NCBI GenBank assembly: GCA_037379345.1
Contig: CM074513.1
Location: 26,102,001-26,166,000, forward strand
Length of the DNA: 64,000 nucleotides
From: Perna viridis
Taxonomy: Eukaryota
Direction: 5' to 3'
Shown here: piece after piece, positions 1-13,792 of the stretch
Numbering within the stretch: position 1 is the first letter of the stretch
Layout: every line of letters begins with the position of its first letter
Notes under the pieces: model-generated
Database searches by the model: none
The model's input: only the letters and a program-made list of their open reading frames with translations
Told to the model about the DNA's origin: nothing
Translations under genes and position numbers: made by a program

Positions 1-3000
1 AGACAAATAGCCCAGTTCTCCACTAAAGATGCAGAGGTAATTCTATCCTTATTGTTTGAACAGTTGGTTCTTCTGGAACCTTAGATGCATGTTTATTTAT
101 AACCCTTCAAATAATAAAAAAATACCACCAAAAACTAAAACAACAAACCAACAAAACTGAACTAAAGTAAGAAAAAAATAATACAAATGTATTGGTATAG
201 TTACTACAATATTTAGGACAAAGAGCTTTGTGTTCCTTTTTCAGAAGATTTCTATGCTTCTAATTTTAAGAGATTATCTCCCTTTAATTAGTTTTATCTT
301 ATTCAGTTGTGTAATGTAATACTAAAAAAACTACTAAATGTATGCTTAATTTATTTTTGCTGATATTCCTTAGTATTTCAAATTTCTGTTCTGTCAATAG
401 GAAGAATTATTTCTGTATGCATTAGCATAACTCTATCATACATGGTCAAACAGCTAAATTAGTCTATACATTGCATTGTATGCTTTTTATTTACTCTTAG
501 TTGTTTGGGAAATATGAACATATGTTGGAGGAGATAGTTGATGCTATAGAGCCACTCTTAGATTCCAGTCCAGTGTACCTACCCCATGTTTTATCCAGTG
601 CTACATTGATGGAAACATTGTCACAATTACCTAACATTAAATCTGTTGCAAGTGCAGGTAATGCTATTTCTGTTTGAATTTGTTGTATGATGTTTTTTTT
701 TTTTGGGTATCTTTCAACAATATCAGAATCATTGAACTAAAATAATAAGTGAGATTATACATGTTTTCCGTAAGTTGAAACTCACAAAAATGTTTTAAAA
801 TATGCTAATATTGCTTCCTACATATGTTTGAATTGACCAACCTGAGTAACAGATCAGTATTCACAAAACTATTTTTACCCTAATGTTGAATAATTCAAAT
901 CTGTGTATTTCTAAATCTAATTTTAAACCTACTTTACAGCAAGTCTTAAATCCTTCTCCAGGTGATGGTTGCAACAAACAGATTTGCAGGAAATTACTCA
1001 TTTTTCAACAGAGAATTTTTGAAATTCAGTGTTCATTATTTATAAATAGTGCTAAGATAACGGAATTACAATAGAATTTTCTTATAAAGAAATATCTTGT
1101 CAGATTTAAGAGATAGACAACTCTGATCTGAGATTAAAGCAAAACTCTAGAAAAATCACTGGTTCATTCAATTAAAATATTGAATTTTTGTCAAGCACTT
1201 TTTAGTTATGTTATAATTTTGATCTTTAGTTGGCTAATAATAGTTATACCATATGACGGGTTATATTGCTGGGTGTAAAATTTAGGTGTTTCTCATTTTG
1301 GCGGATGTTTATAGGTGCACAAAGTATATAAGCCCAGAGTAAATATTTCTCAGAATTTATCATGGCCTTTTTAGACAGACTGTTTAGATATGCCAAAATA
1401 AGCACCTTGTGAAAACTACCTGCTGTACAGTAAATCAGACATACAAGAATCAACAGCATGGTTATCTCACCTTTTTGTGTGTTTTCATTATTATTGTTAG
1501 TTTGGTTGAATTTTTTATTCATGTTGCAATTGAATTTTAATTAATCACAATTATATGTATCATCTTATTTTTTAGCTCGTAAATTAAAAGAAAATACTGA
1601 AGCATTTACAGAACTGATGACAGCACCGACTACTAAGGTAATTGCTGAGGAAATGTACTTTTAGCTAAAATGCTTAACTGACATGTTTCCTACTAGGGAT
1701 TTGATTCTCTGGCTCCCAAGAGCTATCTTTTGGAAGAGAATATAAAAGGCAAATGGTTATAATTACAATATGCTATTATACTAACGTATGTAATGTAAAA
1801 AATTCTATTACTGTAGAACATTTGCTTAATAAACATTTATAAGGAATTTCCATTAACTTGTAATATGCCATTATACTGACTGAAACATCACAGGTAAACC
1901 AGAAAAATTCCAGTTTCAGAGGTTGAAGACAGAGATTATCATAAATATTCAGCAATCTCTAAGGCATGAAATTGGTGATACTTCTAAACTGGCATTTTTC
2001 TGTTTCAACTGTGAAGCCTCAGTCAGTATAATTGTACTTTTTCAATTGAGAGAAATTCTTTGTAATGTTTTTGAAAGTGTGCTACTGCCTCTTTACTAAA
2101 AATGCTGATGAGTAAGAACAATTAGGATGATTGAGAATGTATGAAATCGCCTGTAAAATTCAGATCCAAAGAATCATAGGTGTGTGGAGTTTGAAATTTA
2201 CTCGTTATTTTTTCAAATTTGATATTTTTTGTTTGATTGTTTGCTTGTTATTTCTTTATGTTGCATTAATTTGAGAAATATGATCTAAAGATGGCATGTG
2301 TGTTTTGTACTGTACAGTATCTTCTAGAGGAAATATTTCAGTATTTTTTTATTTATTCTTGTAAAAAAACATAGTATCTTTTTGAACTTTATTTCTATTC
2401 TCATAAAAAACATGGTATCTTTTTGAACTTTATTTCTATTCTCATAAAAAAACATGGTATCTTTTTGAACTACATTTGTATTCTCATAAAAAACATAGTA
2501 TTTTCTTGAACTACAAAAATATGCATGTCTCCTTTTCTCCTTGTAATTTAAAGATTTTAGATAAGTGGTTTGAATCTGAGCCTTTGAAAGCTACACTTGC
2601 AACAGACTCAGTCATTGGTGCAATGATTAGCCCTAAAACTCCTGGCAGTGGGTATGTTGGATTTGTAAATGCTTTTAGTTAGCTTTAACCCATGTACAAC
2701 TGTTTTCCTTTTTGTGTTTTTACCCATTATCAGTTATTGATTATATGTTATAATTCCTTGTTTTATTGATCTACCTGTAATATTAATTTATCACCAATTA
2801 AATTTTTATGATATGGCAATTTCTTGTAAAATTGATGCAAAGTTTTAAATTGTGAATGATTTACCAGTTTGACATTTAATTTGAAACCAAATCAATTTTG
2901 AATTTAAGTCGAAGATTGGAGTAAAAATGAGAAATGGTTACAATGTAGGATGATAATTGATGTTAAAGTTTTAGTAAAGCCTACAAAATATATTGTTTGT

Positions 3001-6000
3001 GAGGTCATTCCTTGTCTTTTCAAGGGTGGATAATTTATCATTATAATTACTATAGGGTATGTAATGGTTTTATGAAATTGGGTGCCAATCTACCATTCAA
3101 ATGCATGGAAATTTGTCATTTACAGAGCATTGAGTTTTAAGAGTAAAACATCTTCCTGTGTGAAAATATCAATGAAAAATGACAAATGTCTATTTCTACA
3201 TGATCAAAGTGTTAACAAAAACAAAAACAGGAGATTTTTCATTGTAATGTGGCTATTCAAGATTCTGGGAGTAAACAATAAAATCTGTACAGGTCTTAGG
3301 ATTTCAATACATTCTACAAGGGAACTTAAAAAAAAAAAATGAAACTATAATTACACACCTTTTATCAATGAAATAAAAATAAAACAAAAAACACCTCCCT
3401 TATCATTTTACCCTGCTGTGAACATTGAAAAAAGCTCCTCATCTCTTATTTGACAATAAAACAGTAAAAGAAAATTGGTATTCTTGAAAACAGCATGTGA
3501 ACCAAGAACTTAACTATGAAAGCCTGATGGAAGTGTATGTATGTTTACTGCCATTTCAGGTATGTACTTCTTCACCATGTAATGGGAGAGTTAGAAGGAA
3601 TCAAAGGGGCTTGGGGCTATGTAGAAGGTGGAATGGGATCAGTATCTAGAGCTATAGCTAACTGTGCTGAGGATCATGGAGCTTCTATATTCACGGAAAA
3701 GGTTAGTGATATTAAGTCATGTTTTAGTCTTTTTACTCATTAAACACACTATCATATTTTTCTCAATTTTTGCAGTTGAGATAGACAGGCATTAAATTTG
3801 TGTGAGATTTACTGATTGAAATGAGAAAATTTCTGCTTGTACGAAGCAAGTTGTTAATGCAAGTCAGACAAATTTCTTGGTATGGAATTATGTGATTTTT
3901 TTCTATATTTAGGTATGTTTCAGGTAACACCTGATTTTTATAATTGTGTAGTTTCTCTACTGCATAAATTTTAATCTGACAATTATATATTAACTATTTA
4001 ATTTTTTGTCTGCTGGACACAAAGCTGTGCTTGACATACTTTGTAGGATTTGATAGAAGTGGATGTATCCATAGCATAATCCCAAAGTAAAATATTGTGT
4101 GCAAATTTTTGTAAGGTATATACTTAAGAAAAAAATATTGTTTGTGGAGTGAGCAAAACCATAATTCAAACCATGAATTTACATTCCCAACAAAAAGTAA
4201 AATTTCATGATCTAATGAAATCTAGGAACAACTGGTAGTGAAATTATGACATATCAAGAAGTTTGATACCAACAAATAACCTCCACATTGAAATATTTTA
4301 ATCATATGTTCAACTTATAATTTCAGCCAGTGTGTAAGATAGTAGTGGAGAACAATGAGGCTAGAGGTGTAGTATTAGAAGATGGATCTGAAATCAAGGC
4401 CAGGGCAGTTTTGTCTAATGCCACTCCTAAAGTTACTTACTTAGATCTATTGGAAAAGGTAATATAAAAATAGCAGAAAATGGTCATATATAGTAAAAAA
4501 AATCTAATAGAATCCCTTGTTGATATTGAAACTGATCTCCAAGCATCTTCCATACTCTAAAGTCATGTGCATATTTGTATCTCCTTATTCCTTACATCTG
4601 TTTAAATATCTTATTATGAATCTAAAAATAGTGTCAGTTTAGATAAGGTATTAAAAATGAAAGGAGAAACAAGAAAGAAGTATTTTAGACAGGTAATTGA
4701 GGACAGTTTGGGAAGCTTTGTAGAACAAAAAATAGTTTGATATGAAAGAAGAATAAAATGTTCTTATGCAAACTCCGTTTTACTAGACCTGACGTATTCA
4801 GTGATTATCATTTCATAAGTGTCCAAAGTTCTAAAGAGGGAGATCTCCCTCTCAAAGTTTTCTCAAAGTGGGAGGTTTGCTAATTTTTTTGTTTCCACAA
4901 CATGTCATGACAAGAATTGAAGTATTTCAAGCTGAAAAGTGACTGGAGAAATTTTGTTAATGTGTCTAAATCTCTGACTTTAACAAGAGCACATAAGCCA
5001 GAGATTGTGGAATTTTTCATGAAATATCGTGAGGCTCCTGCTGATGTGGGAGACTTAATACCTATGTCATTCAATGTATCCAGTGTTTTATTTTTTACTT
5101 CTTACTGTTTATCTATATCATCTTTAGGATTTATATTCCCTGTTGCCAAAACTTATTTTAAGGGTAAAAAATTAACCCATTGAAGCACAATAAATTGGTA
5201 TTTATCTTGCATGCAGTGACTGATTGGAACATTTTGATTAGAAAATACCATTAAAGATTAGGTTTATGTGATCCTACCTTTTATAAAATTAAAGTCATAA
5301 CATGTACCAATTTTCAGAAAATATTTGTCATATGAGAGTTTTCTTAAATGGCATGTTGCATAGAAATTCTTCAAAATGCTGGTACATGTAAAAACTTAAT
5401 GAAAATTATAACAAATTATGGTTTGAAACATGGTGCAAAATGCGGTAACACTTGTACATGTACCAAACACATGTACAACAATACTGACAGAGGTGTAGCC
5501 TGCAAAACATGTTCTTACCTTTTGCGTTAAATATTTAAAAAAAAAATAATTAGATTATTGAGGAAGTAAAGAGTCTCAAAGTGTGGCAATCTGAACTTTT
5601 CTTTATCAGAATTCATTGATTTCTAGTTCATATAACTCAGCCTTTTCATCATCAGGAGAAGTTCCAATTAACATGTGCCCACTTTCACTGAAGGTCATAC
5701 TGCACAGCTTTGTTATGCTAATAACCTTAGTGTCAAAGTATGTCAGAAAGTGACCAGAACTGTCTAGGAGATGTAAAGTATCTGTGTTGTAATCACAAAT
5801 GACAATATTATTAAAGAGGGTTTGTTTTATGTGAAATGGTTTGAATAGTGTTCCATCTTGATTAATATCTTGGTGGCCAGTGTATTTGTTCAGTATTCCT
5901 CCTTCATTTTTCAAAATCACTATTCTTCCATCATTTTGAGATGAGAGCGTGTCTTTCACAAAAATATTTCCATTGTTTTCACTTGTTAAATATCTTGGAG

Positions 6001-9000
6001 AAGTGAAAATTTTGTTTTTGTCCTCGTCATATTCCCACGTTCTTTCTACATTTCCTTTACTATCAAACCTTATAACAACTTTCTGGCTATGGACAAGAAA
6101 CGCATCCTCAGAACTTCTTGCTCCTACTATAATTGAATTATTACTAGTGACATGACATGCTATTATGAAAAACGGACTGGCATTGCATTTAGAATCTTTG
6201 ATTCTTCCCTCTTTACCCTTTATTATCCTTAGAGTTGAGGTTCTGTCTGCTATTAAGACAGAGCTGTGTGAAAATGGTTGCATATCATAGACCAGAATTT
6301 GAAGTTTATCTTGCTTTGACATTGTCTCTGCATTTAGCTTATAGATGATAATGTCTGAAGTATGTGTATCAGCTGTTATATCACATACCCAAACCATTGC
6401 ATTATCACACACAGCTATGTTATGACATCGATTTACTTCTGTCTTAAACTTTCTTTTAACTAATAGATGCATCCCTTGTACTACTATGGACTCCTTGAGT
6501 GTTCCAAAGATAGCCTGATTTATATCTGCTGGAATAAAGTTTGGCATTGAATTTAACTTAATAGGCAGCACCTCAAGATTGTTATCTTCAAGATCTTCTA
6601 ACAAGTTGCCAATATTTTGTAAGAAGAAGGATGGGTTTTGGCTAGCAAGCATTTCTATGGATTTTTCTTCCCTTTGCAGGAGTTTTTGTATACTTTGATC
6701 CAATGCATATTGTTCTTTTGACAATGTTTGGTATATTTCATCTGTTCTTTTTTTCATTTTTGCTGTAATTTCAGTAAAATGCATATTAACAGCTTTTTTC
6801 CATGCTTCCTTTTCATCTTTAATTTCTTGCAAAACTTTTTCACATTTTTTATCTTCATTTAATGTTTGCTTTTTAATTTTCTACTTTGTCTTTTTAATCT
6901 ACTCTTCTGGATTTCAATGTCCTTAATCTTTTCTTGTAGTTGTTCCACTTTTTTTAAATAGCTGTCTTTTATCTCATTGAATGCATGGCTTGTATGATCT
7001 TTAGCAATACAGACAGGGCACACAAGCAGTTCACAAGAGGTGCAATATAAGCAGCAGGATTGATTCGCATGCTGTAGGCATTTGTTATCAGAGAAATCTG
7101 ATTTGCTACTTTGTAGAGTATATTTTCCAATATCATTTATGTCAATAATTCTATGGTCGCTGGCATTTTTGAATTTCGGATGAATCTTTTCATAACATTT
7201 GTTGCACATAAGCAGTTCACATTCTAGGCACTGAAATTTCAGTCTTTGGTCCTCTTCACACAACTGACATGAAACAATATCCTGAGCAGATGAAGTTGGT
7301 TTTGACTGGGCCATGCTATACATCCATAATAATGCAGATTTTTTATATTATTCTTGATAGAAAATTTCTAAATTAACAGGTTGAATTTGACAGTCACACA
7401 ATATAATTTTGTGCACATTTAAAGGACATTCATCCATTGCAGTTTTGTAATCATAGACTTATTGATTTAAATATCTCTTTGTATATTTTTTTACACTTCG
7501 TATTACATGCATTTAAACAGCGATGTGTGGAAATAGCCACGAAACTGCAATTCAAACTTGTCTGGATTTCAATCTTTTGTATTTTCTTTCTATGCATGTT
7601 TAAAATCAGTTAAATGATCTTTTTACTACAAAAATAAGGAAGACAGTTTCATATGTAAATACACCCCATTCTTTAATTTTGTGAATAGTAGTTAGAAATC
7701 TTATCTTTTACTTGTCAAAATGTAGCCCTATAATGTATTATTCTATTGAAGGTTTAACTAGAATGATTCTTTATATTGACTAGAAACTAATAAAATAAAG
7801 TAAATTAGAAAATGAAGATTTGCTTTCAGCAACTTAATTCATAACTTGCTGACTTTGAAAACAAATACAAGGTTACCAGATTTTGATTTATTTAAGGTCC
7901 TGCTTGATCGATACAGGTGTCATTTTTTTGTCTGTCCATCTGCCTATCTGCACATTTAAAGGGTGTGCATTTTTGGTATTTTTGGTTAAAGAACTAGGGC
8001 CCGATTTCATAAAGATTATTTTCAAATCCTTCATCAAGTCAAGTTTCAACGAATCACTGGAAATTGAAGATTTGAGGAAAAATTCAAGGTTTTATGAAAA
8101 TCTAAATTAGAAATTTTTCATGAAATCTAGGCCTGGGCCAACTTTCTCATGATTTTGTTCATAGAAAAGTATTCACAACTTAGAACTGTAAACTGTAACT
8201 GTAACACATCACAAATCAATTATATATTTGACTGATTAGGGTCAATAGGGGTTATGACATGAAATCATGAAAATGTGAACTGTTCATTGACAAAATAGGA
8301 GAAAACAGTTACTGAAATTATTGAATGCTATTATAATAATGAAATATTGACCAGAAATACAAAATAGAAACTGAAAAACTTTTGTTAACTATTAATTAAA
8401 GTACAAAGAGTTCATTTTTGGTCAATCAAATTAATTCTTTTGTCAATTACCCTGTGACACATACATTGCTAAGATATGACATTATGCATATATTAATATA
8501 TTTATCAAAATAAAGTTGAAACACTTTTAAGAGTTCAGAGGTTTATAAAGAGTGCACTTTACATTCCCTTTTTACAGTTTTTTTACAAAAGTTTAGGCTT
8601 TAAGGAGGTAGACCTAGGGTCAGGGGCATAACTCATGAAATCAGTGATATGTTTATATCATATTCAATTTCACCAAAGCCTCTCAATCTTTCATTTGAAG
8701 CAGAATAAAATGAATCCAAGTTAATTAGGTGCTGACATAAGATTGATGTTAAATGCTGAATACAAATGTTCCAATGATTTTTAAGAGTTGTGTCCCTTAC
8801 CCTAGGTCTACCTCCTTAAACTGAAAGAATTTTACACAGAGTTTTCATGGTGTATTAAAATAAAGAGACACCATTCCTTTAAGTGTACTATATTTTATAT
8901 GTTGTCTATATTTTGTTCAGTTTGAATCAATTTAAGACTTGTATTGAAGGATATTGTCCATGTGCAATGATAGTGTTCATACATAATGTTACCATCACAA

Positions 9001-12000
9001 AAAACACTCAAACATTGACCAGGCCAGTTATAGGATCTCTGCATTAAAAGCTCTGAAAAACATTTTGTAACTAGTTGACATTTACTTTGTCATTTATTAA
9101 TTTGACTAAGTGTTTTTCTCCATTTATTCTCTTCTGTATGATGCATGTACAATGATTCTATGTAGCTATAAATTTCTTATTATTTAGTGTCTTTACTTGA
9201 TGAATAGAAAATTGTAAGGTTTTTTTTCATTTTATTTAAAGGGTGACTTACCGGAGGATATGGTTAAAGATCTGAAAAGTATTAGTTATGAGTCTCCAGT
9301 CACTAAAATCAATGGTAACTATATTATTTCAGTTAAAAAGTGAATAGTTTTCCAATGGAAGTGGTCTTCACTATTTAAATATGTGCATGTTTAAATTGTA
9401 TTTAATAGATTTGTTTGTGTGTTTAATTTAAGTTATAAGATAGAAAATTGAAGAATACTGTTTAAGTGTTTTTTTTGAGTGAGGAAATTTTCCATTTTTC
9501 TTAAAAAACTGGGTGAGGTTTTTTTTTGCATAATGTAATTTTCGCAGCAGACAAACAGTTCAAAGATCAAAACATGGATGAATAACTCTATTTTATCTCC
9601 ATAAATATTACGCTTGATTTAATTTTGCATTCCAGCTTTGACCATGAATATAGCAAAAATTAAATGACTGTGGAAATACCTACTTATATGGTATAATAAA
9701 ACTTTTTCAACTTTTTATACATTTGGATATAGGAGAAAAATTCATGAAGTTTTATTTTATCTTTTGATCTACAGAATTTTGATCCATCTTAGTTGTGTAT
9801 CTTAATCATGAATTTAACAACGGTATTTAAATTTACTTATAGTTGCTGTAAAAGAGATACCTAATTTTCTTGCTGATCCAAACCTAAAGGCCGGAGAACC
9901 CATGCCCCATCATAGGGCTACTATACACCTTAACTGTGAACACTCAGACCTCATACATGATGGTTATATAGAGGCTCAACAAGGAAGATTCTCAAGAAGG
10001 TCGGAAATACAGAGACTTAATGAGGGGCAATTTGAATGAAACTATTTACATAATCTTAGAATTGCTTAGATAGTATTTATAGTGCTAAGATATAGAGCAG
10101 GAGATAAATTAAGTTCAGCCATAGACCAGACCATACCAAACATGTTATAATTGGTATGGTAGTCACTGCTTATATACTAGTTTGTAGCATTAGCAAGTAA
10201 TAGGAGGATCATTCTAAAAAAATGTTGGTTTAGTACAAAACATGTCCATAACAGCTTCATAAGTATAAGCCAGTTGGCTTTCAGGTAAGCTGATTCTATA
10301 TTTTAGTCATTATTAATTAATATTCTGCATTGTATTTGACTATAATGGACTGATTATTTAGATTGTCCTTTTTGATCATTTATCTTAAAGCCCAATGATA
10401 GAGATGACAATACCGAGCAGTTTAGACCCTACCCTAGCCCCTCCAGGATGTCATGTTTGTTTGTTATTTACTCAGTATACACCTTATACACTGAAGGATG
10501 GACAGTGGGATGATGCTACCAGAAATGAGTATGCAGACACAGGTAAATCTTAATCATATACAGTAGAGAACTTGTAATTATAAACATACTGAACAAGTGG
10601 GTGATATATTAGAATCACCTAATCTATCCATCTGACCAAATTTGTCGCAAATATCTGAACTCCTAATGGATAGATTGATTTCATATTTGGTATAGGGCTT
10701 TATATTGATTTGGCATAGGTTGTATGTGATTTTGGTAGTGTCCTGTATTATCTTCTTTTTCCATAGGTTTCTGTATGGGCAGGGGTGTATCTAGCATTGC
10801 ACAACAATGTATGCGGCTTCATATTTTTCATACCTATGGCAATACTCTTATGATAGAGTTTAATTTTCATATATAGTGCAAACAACTTGGTTAAAGATAT
10901 GTAAATATGTAATAATTCTGAAATGAAGCTTAAGGGACATTTGGAAATTTCAAACCAAAACAAATCAATATTGAGGCATAGGAATGGAGACAGGTTACCA
11001 CCTGTTTTTATTCAGAGATTGGTTAGACAGGTTTTTTTTGTGATATTATCGTACATTTACTCTGTGCATTTCAGATCTATCATATATTGTTGCCAGACTA
11101 TATATGAATTTTAATGTTTGCCATCACAGTGCAAAGCATTTTGTGCTGTCTTATTGTGGTTTCTGCAACCAATATACTTTCGCGCAGTACTAAATTTGCA
11201 ATTATTCCTCAAATCATTTTAATGATGTACTTTGAAGAAAATATTCACAACAGTATTATTTTTACCTTACAGATCTTACAGAGAAAATAGCAAAAATAAA
11301 ACTGTCACAAAAATTTCATCACTTACAGTATTTCAAACCCATTCACATTACTGGTGTGTCTTTTCTGTATTTCAGTCTTTGATATAATTGAGTCATATGC
11401 TCCTGGATTCAAAGCCAGTGTGATAGGAAGGGACATACTGACTCCGCCAGATCTCGAGAGGACCTTTGGACTAACAGGAGGGGTAAGCAACTGTTAAATT
11501 CTTGATTCTTTTATTTTACAACAGCTTATAATTGAGTTCTTGTTGATGGTAGACAACTGGATAGACAAGGAGAAAGATAGAATATAAAAAAAACCCTTTC
11601 TTTTGTTAAAATCTGTGAAATATGTTTTTTATTGCCATGTGCTGCTACCCAGGTGGTACAAAATATTGTGTCTTTTTATAGACAAGGTATACTTCAGTTC
11701 AAACTACTTTCCATGACAACAGAATGAATAAAATACAGGAAGTGCTACTTGACCTTTTCCTGGATGTATAGACTATGACCTCACACTACAGTGGTGATTA
11801 CTACTATTTTTCATAAAAAGTTCCTGTTTCGATTTTAACAATTAAATTTACTTATTGTTTTATAATTTTGTGAAAGTTGAATTTAGTTTAGGAACACCTA
11901 CATGTATCATGCTTCTTCTATTGATGTATGTCTTCTCAACTGTCTGGATATGCTTCATGCAGATGTACCACAACAAAAATATTTATCATGTATAACCTTA

Positions 12001-13334
12001 GGCTTGCAGTAGTAACAGCTATCCACACCAACAACAGATTTTTATATCCCCACTTGAAAAGTTGGAGGTATATAGTGATTATATGGTCCATGCATCCATC
12101 CCCAGTTCTAATCTGCAACCTCTAAAAGACTTCTGTATGGAATTTGATGAAACTTTGGCTCATTCCTTATCTCATGTTGCCATTGTGACCTCTTATGGGG
12201 GGCTATTTTCTTATCCACAACTTTTCTAAAAATGCTGAATGGAATTAGGTGAAACCTTTACACATTCTTTATCACATGATACCATTGTTTACCTTTCATT
12301 TTGTTTTTACATCTGAATGATTTTTGGGGTTTCCTCTATGGTTTCTAGTGAGGGGAGTGGCAGTTATCATCAAGTTAGTTTTGCTCACAGTTTTTCTAGG
12401 TTTTCTTTTAAATTCCAGAATATTTTCCATGGTGCAATGTCATTAGACCAGTTATACACAACCAGACCAATACCAAAGCTCAGTAACTACCAGTGCCCAA
12501 TCAAAGGACTGTATTTATGTGGATCTGGAGCCCACCCAGGTTGGTGTTTATAGGACAATTCACTTACATCAAAATGCAAACAAATGGCATAAACATGAAC
12601 AATGGGAGCAGGAACAGAACAAAATAAAAAAAAATAAAATAAAGATAAGGGAAAAAAGGTATTTTGCTTATTTGGCACACTCTTTGAAAATGTCAGTATA
12701 AAATGAATCAAATCATTAATTTGGTCTGTGGTCCTGTGACTAAGACTACTTTTTTTCAATTAAGACTGAATTACTTCATCAAGAGACACATAGTACTTTA
12801 TGATATATTTGTTATTTCTAATTTTTTATGGTTCTGGCTAACACTTATCAGTCACTGCAGTTTAACTGTAAATCTGAAATTATTATGGGCATGAGGTACA
12901 GGTGTGGCCTGTGTATGCCCTCCTCTGAAATTTTTTACACGAAATTTTGATTTTTCATAAATGCTACCCCCAAAATTTATTTTACCTGGCTTTGCTTGGC
13001 ATTTAATTGTATTTTTGCCCACCCCTCAATCTGAAACCCAGGATCTGCACCAGAACTAGTTGCAGCTTTGAATATTTTTGTGATTTTGTGAAATTTACTC
13101 CAAAAAGTAATATTTTACACAGTGATAAAACATCTACAAAATTCTTAATGAGTAGTAGGAAGTATTGAAATGCATAAGAGAGAATCTTCATTTTGTGTCC
13201 ACACACTTCCTTCATATCAATCCAAGTATATGTTTTTTGTCAGTATAGAAATAAATTGTTATTTTCCAGGAGGTGGAGTAATGGGTGTTCCAGGGAGACA
13301 AGCTTCTCAAGTAGCCATTAAAGCACTCAAATAG
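1..13334 (+). CDS. PYROXD2: Pyridine nucleotide-disulfide oxidoreductase domain-containing protein 2 (5' partial, 12 exons in window)
   Basis: Hand-spliced GT-AG exons with consistent phases: <1-36, 501-657, 1576-1637, 2554-2651, 3560-3701, 4327-4458, 9242-9314, 9843-9999, 10391-10542, 11376-11482, 12419-12539, 13270-13334 (TAG); 433 aa in window. Peptides [86 protein letters not shown] and [17 protein letters not shown] match PYROXD2 as I remember it. Confidence 0.95.
2355..2514. repeat. Tandem minisatellite, about 41-bp unit, about 3.7 copies
   Basis: Unit AAAAAACATRGTATCTTTTTGAACTTTATTTCTATTCTCAT; CATRGT recurs at 2370, 2411, 2453 and 2494. Confidence 0.9.
5606..7323 (-). pseudogene. RING-less TRIM-like gene (B-box1, B-box2, coiled coil, NHL-like beta-propeller), intronless, nested antisense in a PYROXD2 intron; split by a 1-nt frameshift (pseudogene or assembly error)
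   Basis: ORF 6859-7323 has CQLC..CLEC...CNKC...H and [29 protein letters not shown]-boxes plus the start of a coiled coil. ORF 5606-6832 has the rest of the coiled coil and propeller-like repeats ([34 protein letters not shown]). Adding one A in the runs at 6870-6874 or 6877-6880 fuses them into about 569 aa from the ATG at 7314. Confidence 0.8.
7997..8133. mobile_element. Small degenerate MITE with GGGCCCGATTTCATAAA-type terminal inverted repeats
   Basis: Left GGGCCCGATTTCATAAA and right TTCATGAAATCTAGGCC are imperfect reverse complements; no clean TSD. Confidence 0.5.
8604..8815. mobile_element. Kolobok-like MITE, copy 1 (212 bp)
   Basis: About 30-bp TIRs GGAGGTAGACCTAGGGT.AGGG.CA.AACTC; TTAA on both sides (8600-8603, 8816-8819); purine-purine termini; second copy at 22702-22914. 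Confidence 0.85.
12038..12402 (+). mobile_element. Degenerate Helentron-associated (HINE-like) interspersed repeat
   Basis: T-run start, short 5' inverted repeat, CCATCC microsatellite-like block and duplicated TGAAAC.TT..C.CATTC.TTATC.CATG core; a related reverse copy is at about 22918-23110. Boundaries approximate. Confidence 0.5.
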
Positions 13335-13792
13335 ACCTATACAAATACAATGGCCATAGAAATCAGATTTTTGTTGTATACTCAGGTTTTTTTGCTGATC
13401 AAAATTCATTCGTATGTACATTTATATTTGTAAAATGTATTTACATTTGTAATTTCTAATTTGCGGAAAAAAAGATGAGAAACTGTTTAGAAAAGTTGTG
13501 ATTTTTTTTCCTGTTTCACCTGCTACATTTTTTTTAAATACAGAATATATATTGTATGAATCCTAAATGAGCATTTTTTATATTATACACTTCTATATGC
13601 ATGTACACAAATGAACTGTGATAATCCTAGCATTCCCTTCTTTTACATCTTTGATCAAATATGCTTAGTATTTTTTTGATTAAATGTATACATTTACATG
13701 ATTTATACTGTAATTGTTCCATTTGAGCTGTCCTAGTGCATTGTCTGTGGTACACTGTCACTGACTTTTTATTGTGATGTAACAAACTACTT

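Noticed and set aside
8367-8376. ISRE-like GAAACTGAAA about 1 kb upstream of the TRIM-like gene
   Set aside because: A single short A-rich motif is expected by chance in this base composition, and the transcription start is unknown.
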